Source: the human T2T-CHM13v2.0 reference genome, Homo sapiens. Taken from it: a stretch of DNA of 64,000 nt. Position 1 is the first letter of the stretch. Each line of letters opens with the position of its first letter. Below the pieces are notes generated by a model. The model saw only the letters and a list, made by a program, of their open reading frames with translations. It was not told the DNA's origin and did no database searches. Below, in pieces: positions 1 through 18,182 of this stretch. The stretch lies in the NCBI RefSeq assembly GCF_009914755.1, contig NC_060943.1, one strand, 5' to 3'. A program made the translations under genes and the position numbers.

Positions 1-547
1 CTCAGCTCACTGCAACCTTCGCCTCTGGGGCTCAAGCAATTCTCCTGCCTCAGCCTCCCAAGTACCTGGGATTAGAGGTGGGCACCACCACACCTGTGTT
101 CAAGCAATTCTCCTGCCTCAGCCTTCAAGTAGCTGGGATTACAGGCAGGTGCCACCACGCCCAGCTAAGTTTTGTACTTTTAGTAGAGATGGGGTTTCAC
201 CATGTTACCCTGGATGGTCTCAAACTCCTCAAGTCAGGTGATCCACCTGCCTTGGCCTCCCAAAGTACTGGGATTCCAGGCCTGAGGCACTGCACCTGGC
301 CATATATTTTTTATATTGTCCATAAAACTGAGACTTCCACAGTGACTTAGGGGATTTTAAAATCTATCAAGGAAAAGTGCAATAAAATGCAACTATACAG
401 AAAAAACTGTTCAAAAATACCTTAATGCGGCTTTGTCAGAACACCGTCTTGGATCAAATCGATACTTATTTTCTCTTTTCTCATTTCATGTGAAGGTGAT
501 GACTCACTCCTCCCTAATGTTTTGTTGAAATCTGTCTTTCATTTTAG

Positions 548-802
<255 letters not shown>

Positions 803-1061
803 TGATGACCCTCATATTTGTCATGGACAGCTTCTTAGAGACTCCCTTATGGAGTGGTTTTACATAAAACCAGAAAATTCATGAAGAACACTTTGACTAA
901 TAAGATTGAACATCATCCTGCTCTAGGCAGAGATGCCCCTGGAGGCCCTGAGCGGAATTGTCACCATGGCCCAGGATATGAGATAGAAAGCATCACACTG
1001 ACTGACAAGTGTTTCCAGCTGCGCTTGTGGTTTTGTGTTTTTTGTTTCATTTTGTTTTTAT

Positions 1062-2940
1062 GAGACAGAGTGTTGAACAGGTTGGAGTGCAGTGTCGTGA
1101 TCTCAGCTCATTGCAACCTCCACCTTCTGGGCTCAAGCAATTCACATACCTGAGCCTCCCAACCTAACTGAAATTACAGATGCATGTCACCATACCTGGC
1201 TAATTTTGTATTTTTTTTATTTTTATTTTATTTTTATTTTTTTTATTGATCATTCTTGGGTGTTTCTCACAGAGGGGGATTTGGCAGGGTCACAGGACAA
1301 TAGTGGAGGGAAGGTCAGCAGATAAACAAGTGAACAAAGGTCTCTGGTTTTCCTAGGCAGAGGACCCTGCGGCCTTCCGCAGTGTTTGTGTCCCTGGGTA
1401 CCTGAGATTAGGGAGTGGTGATGACTCTTAAGGAGCATGCTGCCTTCAAGCATCTGTTTAACAAAGCACATCTTGCACCACCCTTAATCCATTCAACCCT
1501 GAGTGGATACAGCACATGTTTCAGAGAGCACAGGGTTGGGGGTAAGGTCACCGATAAACAGGATCCCAAGGCAGAAGAATTTTTCTTAGTACAGAACAAA
1601 ATGAAAAGTCTCCCATGTCTACCTCTTTCTACACAGACACCACAACCATCCGATTTCTCAATCTTTTCCCCACCTTTCCCCCCTTTCTATTCTACAAAAC
1701 CGCCATTGTCATCATGGCCCGTTCTCAATGAGCTGTTGGGTACACCTCCCAGACAGGGTGGTGGCTGGGCAGAGGGGCTCCTCACTTCCCAGTAGGCGCG
1801 GCCGGGCAGAGGCGCCCCTCACTTCCCGGATGGGGCGGCTGGCCGGGCAGGGGGCTGACCCCCCCACCTCCCTCCCGGAGGGAGCGGCTGGCCGGGCAGA
1901 GGGGCTCCTCACTTCCCAGTAGGGGCGGCTGGGTAGAGGCGCCCCTCACCTGCCAGATGGGGTGGCTGGCCGGGCGGGGGGCTGACCCCCCCACCTCCCT
2001 CCGGGACGAGGTGGCTGCCGGGAGGAGACGCTCCTCACTTCCCAGACGGGGTGGCTGCTGGGCGGAGGGGCTTCTCACTTCTCAGACGGGGCGGCTGCCG
2101 GGCGGAGGGGCTTCTCACTTATCAGACGGGGTGGCTGCCAGGCAGAGGGTCTCCTCACTTCTCAGACGGGGCGGCCGGGCAGAGACGCTCCTCACATCCC
2201 AGACGGGGTGGCAGGGCAGAGGTGCTCCCCACATCTCAGACGATGGGCGGCCGGGCAGAGACGCTCCTCACTTTCCAGACTGGACAGCCAGGCAGAGGGG
2301 CTCCTCACATCCCAGACGATGGGCGGCCAGGCAGAGACGCTCCTCACTTCCCAGATGGGGTGGTGGCCGGGCAGAGGCTGCAATCTCGGCACTTTGGGAG
2401 GCCAAGGCAGGCGGCTGGGAGGTGGAGGTTGTAGCGAGCCGAGATCACGCCACTGCACTCCAGCCTGGGCACCATTGAGCACTGAGTGAACGAGACTCCG
2501 TCTGCAATCCCGGCACCTTGGGAGGCCGAGGCTGGCGGATCACTCCCGGTTAGGAGCTGGAGACCAGCCCGGCCAACACAGCGAATCCCCGTCTCCACCA
2601 AAAAAATACGAAAACCAGTCAGGCGTGGCGGCGCGCGCCTGCAATCACAGGCACTCAGCAGGCTGAGGCAGGAGAATCAGGCAGGGAGGTTGCAGTGAGC
2701 CAAGATGGCAGCAGTACCGTCCAGCTTCGGCTCGGCATCAGAGGGAGACCCTGGAAAGAGAGGGAGAGGGAGACCATGGGGAGAGGGAGAGGGAGAGGGG
2801 ACTAATTTTGTATTTTTATTAGAGATGGGATATGACCATGTTGGCCAGGCTGGTCTTGAACTCCTGGTCTCAAGCAATCCGCCTGCCTCAGCCTCCATCC
2901 AGGTGTTGGGATTATAGGCATGAGCCACCGCACCTGGCCT
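1062..2940 (-). mobile_element. Older Alu split in its central A-rich linker by the SVA insertion
   Basis: Alu right arm at ~1062-1215 and left arm at ~2802-2940; the uninterrupted paralogous Alu is at ~63345-63640. Confidence 0.8.
1216..2801 (-). mobile_element. SVA retrotransposon, near full length (hexamer, Alu-like region, VNTR, SINE-R, polyA)
   Basis: PolyT at ~1216-1245; SINE-R (gatcattcttgggtgtttctc...); GC-rich VNTR ~1740-2370; Alu-like region; (AGAGGG)n at ~2755-2800; TSD ctaattttgtattttt at 1200-1215 and 2802-2817. Confidence 0.95.
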
Positions 2941-2978
2941 TTTGTTCTGTTTTTTTTGTTTTTTGTTTTTTGTTTTGA

Positions 2979-3137
<159 letters not shown>

Positions 3138-3347
3138 TAATAGAGACAGGGTTTCTCCATGTTGGTCAGGCTGGTCTCGAACTCCCGACCTCAGGTGATC
3201 TGCCCACCTTGGCCTCCCAAAGTGCTGGGATTACAGGCATGAGCCACCGCACCTGGCCCGTTCTGGTTTTTGAGGAGCATCACAGAAGCATCTTTCACTG
3301 GCACTGTGACAGTGTTCATCACATAAACTAATGATCATCTTCTCTAA

Positions 3348-3626
<279 letters not shown>

Positions 3627-3629
3627 TAA

Positions 3630-3896
<267 letters not shown>

Positions 3897-4031
3897 TAGT
3901 ACAGATAGGGTTTCACCATGTTAGCGAGGATGGTCTCGAGCTCCTGACCTTGTGATCCACCTGCCTCGTCCTCCCAAAGTGCTGGGACTACAGGTGTGAG
4001 CCACTGCACCTGGCCTACCATCTGTACTTAA

Positions 4032-5859
<1,828 letters not shown>

Positions 5860-6356
5860 GATAACTGTTCCAAATACAGTGACTATAGAAGATCATAAAG
5901 CTTTAATTGACATTAGAGCCAAATAGGCATTGACTTGAGATTGAGTTGACTTAACCTTGAGTTTAAGAATTAATTTACATTAAAGTGTTTATGTTAAGAA
6001 GATTGGGCCAGGTGGGGTGGCTCATGCCTGTAATCCCAGCACTTTGGGAGCCCAAGGCTGATAGATCACAGCCACACCTGGCTATGAGAGTGTGTAGGTG
6101 GCCGTTGGGGTGGGACCTGATTAGAAGGGGCAGGGCCTTGAACAGAATCTGGGCGGGGCAAGAATGAGGAGGCTGCCTGGAGGCCGGGCCAGAGGGTGAT
6201 CGTCATCTTGAGGGCAAGGTCTGGAAGTGGTGTTTTGAAGGGCAGGGTCTCGAGGGGGCGGGTCCTGGCTTTCTCCTCAGCTGGACCCCAGGTGTCGTCT
6301 GCTGTCATCCTCTTGCCCTGCAGGACTAGATTCTCCGGGTACTAATTGGTGGATAG

Positions 6357-6690
<334 letters not shown>

Positions 6691-7222
6691 CTAAGTTAAT
6701 ATTTCAAACAATCGAAGGTAAAACAACATATTGTGTTGGGCCACCTGTACTGAACGCTGAATCGTTTTTCCTCTTAAGTTGAAAATGGTTTTAATGCAAA
6801 GCGCCTTTTTTGAGCAGGTAGAGTCACGCATCCGGCAGGCGGGGCGAGCTCCCCTCTGTCTGGGGCAGGGTGGGGGAGAGGGGCAGGGACCTCGGTAAAG
6901 GGGTGGAGTGGCGCGCTGGTTGCCGCGGGCACTGGCAATTAGAAGGGATTATTAAACTAAGCAAGGTCCTGGGTTGTTTGAGTGGATAATGGAAACTGAA
7001 AGGTGACGTGCAAAACTGCCTATTACTCCCAGGAGTGGAGGATAATTTCATATTTCATGGAAATAAACTCAGGGCCCGGAGCGGTGGCTCACACCTGTAA
7101 TCCCAGCACTTTGAGAGGCCAAGGAGGGAGGATCGCTTAAGCCCAGGAATTCGAAATCAGCCTAGGCAACATAGTAAGACCTCATCTCTACTAAAAATAA
7201 AAAAAAACAGCCAGGTGTGTTA

Positions 7223-7390
<168 letters not shown>

Positions 7391-7819
7391 TTAAAAGTAA
7401 AGGAAGAGATTTTTCTTTCCTTTTGTCTCTTAGAACATTCAATTAGAAAATTTGTAAATTCATTTTCTCTGTCTTCTGAGGTTTTTTTTTTTAGACAGAG
7501 TTTTTCTCTTGTTACCCAGGCTTGAGTGCAAGCCACGATCTCGCCTCACCACAACCTCCGTCTCCCGAGTTCAAGCGATTCTCCTGCCTCAGCTTCCCGA
7601 GTAGCTGGGATTACAGGTATGAACCACTATGCCCGGCTAACTTTGTTTTTTTTTTTTAGAAATTAAACCTTTTTTCAGCTTAATGACCCAGGGGTGTATT
7701 TTTGAAGGACTTGGGAGCTCTCTTTGAAAGGCAAACAACAAGGGAAACAGTACCTTTATCTCAGTAGGAAATTAAATAATTCAAACATCAAATAACTTCA
7801 ATTTAAGGCTATGGACTTT

Positions 7820-8236
7820 GAGATAATTCTGAGCCTTGAGAGGAATGTGGTCAGGCAACCTGAGTCCAGTGGAATGCAGGTGCAACTTCTAAGAGTTTTC
7901 CTGTAAGTAATTAAGAAGACTAAGTAGCCCCAGAGATAAGACCTCCTCGGATCATTGTCCCTTCTTATGTAGTGATAAAGTAACCTTCCTTGAAGTGTAT
8001 CTATCCGTAATCAATCAAGTTGCTGCAGCCTATGCACTGGCCCAGAATAAAAAACGTGGTGATTCTGCTAAAGCTTCTCTGTCTTTCCCTGTGTGTGAAA
8101 TCTTAACGTCTCTACTTGGGAACGCTGATCCCATTCATTTAGAGTTGATGTTTCCACGTGGCTATTTCCAAGCTTTGCCTTCAAATAAATTCTGTACTTA
8201 ATCATATATTCTAAATTTTATTATTTACTGCTGACA
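7820..8236 (+). mobile_element. ERV1-class LTR-like fragment (family not determined), duplicated at ~48640-48975
   Basis: AATAAA at ~8184 followed by an LTR-like end (...tgctgaca); boundaries approximate. Confidence 0.45.
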
Positions 8237-9589
8237 TCAGTTTCTGTCGGATTGTAGGAGCCTCACCAGAGAGGGCCCCTGTCGCCATGTTGTAAAACTC
8301 ACACTTGCCAAAAGTTGTGGGTTAGGGTTTCTCCCCCTCCCTCAGGATGACGCTAGTTAGCTGACACAGATGGTCACCTCCATTACCAAGTAGAGTCAGG
8401 ATGAACTATGTGTGACTGTTCAACTATGTGTCCTCTTCCCTGAGGACTGATTAGTGTTTATCTTGAAAACATGTCCTTAATGGGTTGTATAGAACACTGA
8501 AGCATCTGATTTCAAACTCTTAGCTCTTTTCCTCTATTTCCCATCACATTCTGGTCTAAGGCTTATTTATTAATAAAATGATTTTTATTTCTTTATTATC
8601 GTGGAGATGATTTTTCATTTGGGGGAAGATCATTTTGTTTTCAAATATATTGTCTCAACATTTAAATAGTGAAGTAAAGAGTATTTCTTGTGCCAGGCAT
8701 GGTGGCTCACGCCTGTAATCACAGCACTCTGGGAGGCCAAGGCAGGCAGATCACTTCAAGTCAGGAGTTTGAGACCAGCCTGGCCAACATGGTGAAACCC
8801 CATCTCTACCAATTATACAAAAATTAGCCGGACATGGTGGCGCGCTTGTAATGCCAGCTATTCCGGAGGGTGAGGCAGGAGAATCACTTCAACACAGGGT
8901 GTACAGGCTGCACTGAGCCGAGACCTTGCCACTGCACTCCAGCCTGGACGACAGAGAAATACTCTGTCTTAAAAAAAAAAAAAGGAAATTAAGAAAGTAA
9001 TAGATCTCCTCCACAAATGTGCTGGGACAACTAACTTGATATTCACATGGAAAAGAATAATGTTGGATCCCTACATCACACAATCAAAATTTTATTTTAA
9101 AAAGTTAGAGAACGAGGAAGGGAGCCCTGCGGGAGGGGGTGTTACTTTGTCGCCCAGGCTGGTCTGGAACCCCAGGCTCAGCAACCCTCCCGCTGCTGCT
9201 TCCTGAGTAGCTGGGACCTCAGGCTCCCTCCCCAGTGCCCGCATCTCTGCTGCGTTTAAGCAGCAGGTGGTGACTTCGCTCCTCCCTGGCCTGAGCACTC
9301 CGTCCCGCATCCCAGGCGGTGGCCCTAGGGAAGTCTCTGAAGCTGAGCACAGGGTGGACTCTGCCCCCACCGCCGACCCGCCCTCCCCGACCCCGAGTGA
9401 ATGGAGAATAGAAAGGGAGAGGATTTCTGTTCTGTCCTGTGGGCCCTCAGTATGAAATCGTAGTTCTGCCCAGGCAGGACTTTGCATTTCACATTCTAGT
9501 TTGCATCCCCGTTCCAGACAATTCCAGGGCTTTTGACTCATGCCTCAGCCTTCCCGGCCAGTCTCCCTTCCAAAACCCGAAAAACGGAG

Positions 9590-9807
9590 GCGCTGGGCTC
9601 AAGACTGACTCTGTCCCGCCCCGGCCCCGCCCTCTGCCGGTTCTAAAGGGCAAAGTCTCTCCGCCTCGCGCCCCGCTTCCGCCTGCCCAGGCCCCGCCCA
9701 CCTCCTCCTGGACCCCGCCCAGGCCTGGCTTCTGTCCTGCGCGAGCAGATCAGCGCGAACCTGGAAGCGGAGAGCGTGGAGTGAAGGTCCCACGGCAGCG
9801 CGTGAGT
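9590..9807 (+). promoter_or_regulatory. CpG-rich KRAB-ZNF-type promoter and non-coding exon 1 with donor GTGAGT at 9802
   Basis: GC boxes (ccccgccc); ggaagcgg...tggagtgaa exon-1 motif homologous to ZNF83 exon 1; donor 9802-9807. Confidence 0.75.
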
Positions 9808-10469
9808 TTCTCTCTGTTTTATATTAAGTCTGTGCGTCCCAGGTCCCCGGCGCGTCTGTACCTGGGACGTGGGGTCCCCACAGACCTGGAAATTCTCGCC
9901 CGTCTTCACCCAGAGCAAATTGAGACTTCCCTTTGAGAGTCCGGGGTTCACTTCCTTTTGGGTTTAAAATCGCCTTGAAGCTGGTGCGGTCTCTGGTCTT
10001 GCTGCTATAGGGCAATGTATACACTTTGTATTGGGTAGTTTTCCTGCTCAAAACCTTTTTCTAACTCCTCCCGCCCCGCGCTTTTTAAAGTCCTTACAGG
10101 TGAGGTGGATTCCCGCCCTGGGCGCCTCCCACCCTCGCCTTCGACGGCCCCTCGAGTGCAGCGCCGTGCCCCCAGTCCCGCGGAGGCTGCGTCCTCTGCC
10201 TGGTCCTGAGATCCTTCAGACCCCACCATTGTCTTAAGGCGCCGTCGTCCCCCACCTCCCTTCTCGTGCCGGGCCCTGCTGCTCCCCAGGTCTCCTCTCC
10301 GCCGTCACCGCTTCCCCTGAGCCCGCGTTGGGAAGGTGTCCGGGGCCTGTCCTGTGACACGGGGTGTCCTTGCCTGCCCAGCTCCAGCCCCTGGAAAATG
10401 AGCTCCCCTGGGATGCAGACGTCTTACTCCAAACCCTCCTGTAATTGTATGGGCCAAAGGAATCAGGTG

Positions 10470-11060
10470 AGAGAGAGCAGTAGAAAACCTGAGATAAGAA
10501 AAGAAAGCAGGAGGAGAAAAGCAACTGGAGAAATGTAGAGAAAAGCTAGATGTACAGAGAGATGAAGGACAGCAAGGAAGAGAGGGGGCAGCAAAGAGGA
10601 AGGCTCATCAGAGTGAGGGAGAGGAGGAGGGGTTTGGAGCCAGGGCAGACAGAGCAGAGTGGTGCTGGTGGCAAGGACAGAGGGAGAAGCACAGCAGGGA
10701 GGACTACTGTGGGTCTAGAGTGCCATAAAGTGTGGACAGGGGTGTATAACAGGGAAGAGAGAATGTAACAGGGAGAGCAGAGGAGGCGCAGAGATGGGAG
10801 AAGAGGCGGAATCTATGGAGGTTGAGGACAATCCAAAGATTGTGGGAGAAGGAGCAATAAGAGGTTAAATAAGTAGCGAGGATGGAGCAGAAAAGGTGGA
10901 AGAGAAGTAATAGAGGGAAGAAGGGGATAAACAGCAGAAGAGGAGAGGGGCAAAAATGAGGCACGGAAGCCCAGGGAAAAAGACAAGAAAACAAGAGCTA
11001 GAGAGAGAAGGGGAGAATGAGAGATATGTACAGATTTAGCGAGGGAAGCACAGTAATGAA
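10470..11060. repeat. Purine-rich (GA) low-complexity intron-1 tract; reverse-complement copies at ~45410-46080 and ~56030-56730
   Basis: Strong strand asymmetry; the three copies can be aligned by eye. Confidence 0.8.
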
Positions 11061-11180
11061 GACAGAGGGGCTGGGCGCAGTAGCTCACGTCTCTAATCCC
11101 AGCACTATAGGAGACTGAGACAAGGGGATTGCTTGAGTCCAGGAGTTCGAGCAACATAATGAGACCTCCCCATCTCTGAC

Positions 11181-11218
<38 letters not shown>

Positions 11219-11881
11219 AACCGGGCGTAATGGTGCACAGCTGTAATCCTAGCTACTCTGGAGGCTGACGTAGGAGGATAACTTGAGCCCAGGAGGCCCA
11301 GGCTGCAGTGAGCCGAGATCATGCCACTGCACTCCAGCCTGGTCAACAGAGTGAGACACTGTCTCAAAAGAAAAAAAGGAGCGGGGGACTTTGGGTAAAG
11401 ATGAGTAGGTTAGTTCACTGGATATCATTAGTCGTTGACTTCTTTGTATATAATCTGATAACTTAAAACTTGTTTAAATTATACAGATGAGGTTGAGAAT
11501 TTTTAAACTCCTGTCTATGAGACATGTACCTGTAAATCTTAGCATCAGAGGTTAGCTTCCACCTGAAATCCCTATTCAGCCAAACAGCAGTGACTTATTC
11601 AGTTGTGAGTCACTCTCTTGCCTTTTCCCAGAGTTGGGTAGGAAGTGGAGCAGTGAAGTGGGAAAAAAAAAATTGGTGTTATTACATAATACTTTTAATT
11701 TAATTAATTAATATTTGGGATGGGCTCTGGCTCTGTAGCCCAGGCTCACGACTGTAATCCCAGCACTTTGGGTGAGGCTAGTGGATCACTTCAGGTCAGG
11801 AGTTTGAGACCAGCCTGGCCAACATGATGAAACTCCGTCTCTACTAAAAATACAAAAATTAGCCGAGCATGGTGGTACTCA

Positions 11882-12037
<156 letters not shown>

Positions 12038-12573
12038 TTAAAGATAATCCAGTTCTGGCCAGGCACGATGGCTCACGCCTGTCATCCCAGCACTTTGGGA
12101 GGCTGAGGCAGGCGGATCACCAGAGGTCGGGAGTTCCAGAACAGCCTTACCAACATGGAGAAACCTTGTTTCTACTAAAAACACAAAATTAGCCAGGGGT
12201 GGTGGGGCATGACTGTAGTCCCAACTACTCGAGAGGCTGAGGTGAGAGAAGTCACTTGAACCCGGGAGGCGGAGGTTGTGGTGAGTTGAGATAGCGCCAT
12301 TGCACTCCACCTTGGGCAACAAGAGTGAAATTCCGTCTAAAAAAAACAAAAAGATATCCATTTCCCTGTTTGCTACTCCTGTGTTTTTGATTCAGTAGTT
12401 CTTGGACGAGAGCTCGTTGTCCACATATTACATATGACTATTCTCCCTAAGCATTCAGAAGGAGGCAGTCAGTGGAGGAAATTGTGAAATATTTTGCTAG
12501 ATCCATCTGTAATGTTTTCTTTCTTACTAAAACATAGGGCTGCGGCTCTAGAAAAGCTCCAGCACGTCATCTT

Positions 12574-12607
<34 letters not shown>

Positions 12608-12610
12608 AGC

Positions 12611-12735
12611 AGGAGTCTTTCTGACCTGTTATCTCCATGTTGGAGTGAGGGAAGGAGCCCTGGACTGTGGAGAATGAAGTGAAAATAACAAAAAAAATAC
12701 AGATGGGTAGGAATGTATTATGGGTGTAAACACAA
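12611..12735 (+). pseudogene. Decayed KRAB-B exon
   Basis: taataagcag|...ATC TCC ATG TTG GAG TGA GGG AAG GAG CCC TGG ACT GTG GAG AAT GAA GTG AAA ATA, i.e. ISMLE*GKEPWTVENEVKI. Confidence 0.75.
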
Positions 12736-12836
12736 ATAGGAGCTCAGATGGGCAGAGTGGAAGCTCCACCCTCAAATCTCTCTGCAAGTGGGAGAATTCG
12801 GCGGGAAAAGAAAAGTTTAAATCCTGAGATCTCTGA

Positions 12837-13214
<378 letters not shown>

Positions 13215-13691
13215 TAGTAGTTTGATTTTTTTGTCCTCTAGTGATGCTGCAGCTCAGAGACAAAGGCAGAATCTTTATCCTGATGGGCAACACCGTGTCA
13301 TCTGGCTTCTGTGACCTCATTGGTTTCTTGACTCTGGAACAGGGAGGGCTGTGTCAAAGGGGTCTCCTTCCCCTGTGGTCTCTCATTCTGTACTTGACTC
13401 CTTCTGACGCTCCATTCTCTGTCCCTATAGATAAGATCTGAGGCCTCCATACACCTACCCCTTGACCTACCAGGTTCCATCCCATTTCCTGTACTTGGAA
13501 CACCTAATCAAGAGATCGGAAAACCTGGGCTGCTCCTCCTTTGCAACCGGGGCCCGGGATACTGCACAGAGCCCTCTCTGCTTGTTCAAATAGTTGGCTT
13601 GCCTATTTGAAGTAGGAAAAAAAGGCCATGCGCGGTGGCTCATGCCTGTAATCCCATCATTTTGAGAGGCTGAGGAGGGCGGATCACTTCA

Positions 13692-14045
<354 letters not shown>

Positions 14046-14149
14046 TCACCACAAACTCTGTTTCCTGGGTTGAGATGATTCTCCTGCCTCAGCCTCCTGA
14101 GTATCTGGCAAAAGAGCAAGACCTCATCTCAAAATAAAATAAAATATGT

Positions 14150-14459
14150 GAGAACAAAATTACTCAAAGTACAAAAGGCTAATCAGAGACTCAAAGAAAA
14201 CAACCATTTGTCTCTTATTTACCTATGTCCTGGAATCCACCCCCCACCCCGCTTTGGGTTGTTCCACCTTTCCCGACTTAACCAACGTACATCTGACACT
14301 TACTGATACGTCATGACTCCCTAAAATGTAAGCTCTACCTAGACCATATTGGGCACATGACATTAGGACCTCTTGAGCCTGTGTCGTGGGCATGCAGTTA
14401 ACCTTGGCAAGATAAACTTTCTAAACTGATTGAGATTTGTCTCAGATACTTCGTTCACA
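14150..14459 (+). mobile_element. MER4A-like ERV1 LTR, 3' part
   Basis: Ends aaactgattgagatttgtctcagatacttcgttcaca, typical of the MER4A terminus. Confidence 0.7.
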
Positions 14460-14785
14460 AACTATTTTTAAAGTCCCAGGTAATTTATTTTAGCAGCTAA
14501 AAGAAAAATCTTGGCTGGCACGTTGGCTCATGCCTGTAATCCCAGCACCTTGGGAGGCCAAGGCGGTTGGATCACAAGGTCAGGAGTTCAAGATCATCCT
14601 GGCCAACATGGTGAAACCTTGTCTCTACTACAAATACAAAAATTAGTGGGCATCTTGGCATGTGCCTGTAATCCCCGCTACCTCAGAGGCTGAGGCTGGA
14701 GAATCGCTTGATCCAGGGAGTCATGGGTTGCAGTGAGCCGAGATTGTGCCACTTCACTCTAGCCTGGTGACAGAGCAAGACTGTC

Positions 14786-14827
<42 letters not shown>

Positions 14828-14952
14828 GGTTTCAGGGGTTTCTGGTTACAACAGGAAGTTTCAGCAGCCATACTTCAGAGAATCACGTTCTTGAAGCAAT
14901 GTTTGTATCCTGAGTTCATTTTTCATCTGTCCTCTTGACTTTGGTTTAGTTG

Positions 14953-15563
14953 TGAGGCAGCCTCATTTTCTGGGGTAATACCTGATGTTCGTTGTCTCAT
15001 GGCCACGGAAATCGAGGACACGGACACCCAAGAGTGGCGTTAAGAGTGGAAGTTCAATAGGCGAAAGAAAGTCAATAGCTCTCTGCTACAGAGAGAGGTC
15101 CTGGAAAAATGGTTTGCAGATTCGTGGCAAAACGTAGGGGTTTTATAGATGAGCTGGTGGGGAGGTAGTGTCTTATCTACATAGGACCAGATGTAACATT
15201 TGCATACGGCATGAATTTCTGGCAGCCCCCTCCCCAATCTTTTATTATGCAGGTTCTTTGCCTGAGCTGTGCCATGTTACCCATTTCTTTCTTACTGTAC
15301 GCATGCTAACAAAAAAGGAAAGACGGAGCTTCCATGGTGGACATGCCTAGCCCCAAGGTAGCCCCTTTTCTATTGGCACAGCTGCTGACTTCCCCCATGC
15401 AAGCTTCCAGCTTGCTTACGTATGTTTGCAGATCGATTTTTCGGGCTGCTCTTTGTTAGAACAAAACGATATTTTGGGCAGCTTTTTGTTAGAAGGGAAG
15501 CTCTGCAGAGGAGTTTTTGCCCTTACTGTCTGCCTAAATAGTTTATTTTTACCTCCTGTATAA
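14953..15563 (-). mobile_element. Solo ERV1 LTR (LTR9/MER61-like)
   Basis: LTR termini with 4-bp TSD GTTG at 14949-14952 and 15564-15567. Confidence 0.7.
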
Positions 15564-15656
15564 GTTGGATGTGGCAAGAGTGACCCAATTGATAAGATGA
15601 ACTTTTATCACGGCAGAATTTTAAATTCACTTTACGTGCATTCTGCAAGTAACTAG

Positions 15657-15914
<258 letters not shown>

Positions 15915-16696
15915 TGAACTCCTGTCCTCAAGTGATCTGCCTGCCTCGGCCTCCCAACGTGCTGGGATTACAGGCATGAGCCACCACACCTGGCCAATTA
16001 TAAGGTATTTTATTTTTTATTATTTTTATTATTATTTTTTGAGACGGAGTCTCAGTCTGTCACCCAGGCTGCAGTGCAGTAGCACGATCTTGCCTCACTG
16101 CATCCTCCTTCTCCTGGGTTCCAGCAATTCTCCTGCCTCTGCCTCCCGAGTAGCTGGGATTACAGCCATAAGCCATTACTCCCAGCTAAGTTTTTTTTGT
16201 CTTTTTAGTAGAGATGGGATTTCACCATATTGGCCAGTCTAGTCTTTAACTCCTGACCTGGTGATCTGCGTGCCTTGGCCTCCCAAAATGCTAGGATTAT
16301 AGGCTTGAGCCACCGCACCCGGCCCTGTAAGTTATTTTATACCTTTTCTTTGTTTTTCTTTCTGTCAGGTGTGGTAAGAAAACCTGTAACATAGATAGCC
16401 TTCAGAATATATTTGGATTTACTGTGGAGTCCTAATTAGGGAAAAGGAGTCTGGCTAGTGGGAACAGGGGGAAAGCAAAGAGATAAGGCAAATAAGCTAT
16501 TTAAAAAACTAAACATTGAGCTACCATATCATCCAGCAAGCCCAGTGCTGGGTATATATACCCAGCACTAGGCTAAATACAAGAAATAAAAGAAATCAGT
16601 ATATTGTGTGTATACTTATAGACAATGAAGTAATGTTCAGCCGTCAAAAAGTATGGCATCCTGTCATTTGCAACAACATGGATGCAACTGGAGAGA

Positions 16697-17405
<709 letters not shown>

Positions 17406-17965
17406 TGATGTTTAATTCCATCATAAAAAAAATTGTAGGCTGGGCCTGGTGGCTCATGCCTGTAATCCCAGCACTTTGGGAGGCTGAGGCAGGCGGATCA
17501 CGAGCTCAGGAGATCGAGACCAACCTGGCTAACACAGTGAAACCCCGTCTCTATAAAAATACAAAAAAATTAGCCGGGCATGGTGTGGCGGGCACCTGTA
17601 GTCCCAGCTACTTGGGAGGCTGAGGCAGGAGAATGGTGTGAACCCGGGAGGCGGAGCTTGCAGTGAGCCAGAGCTTGCAGTGAGCTGAGATCCTGCCACT
17701 GCACTCCAGCCTGGGCAACAAAGCGAGACTCCTTCTAAGAAAAAAAAAAATTGTAGCTCCTTCAGCCTTAGCAACCTGATGGCACATTGTTTGTGTTTAG
17801 ACATGAAGGATCCTATAGAGGTGAGATAAAGCTATGCAGGTAGATGGAACATAATTAACTCAGTTATAAAAAAATTAAATGTTGTTAACACATGACATCT
17901 GTGATACATTCTAAATAAAACAATAGAAACTGTAGCCTAGCCATCACAGTAAAACCCCATCTCTA

Positions 17966-18182
<217 letters not shown>

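Noticed and set aside
1250-2698. Cluster of overlapping ORFs up to 173 aa
   Set aside because: All lie within the SVA SINE-R, VNTR or Alu-like region; GC-rich repeat artefacts
17654-17690. Short tandem duplication inside an Alu (and a partial Alu duplication at 30-125)
   Set aside because: Ordinary slippage within Alu sequence, with no sign of function
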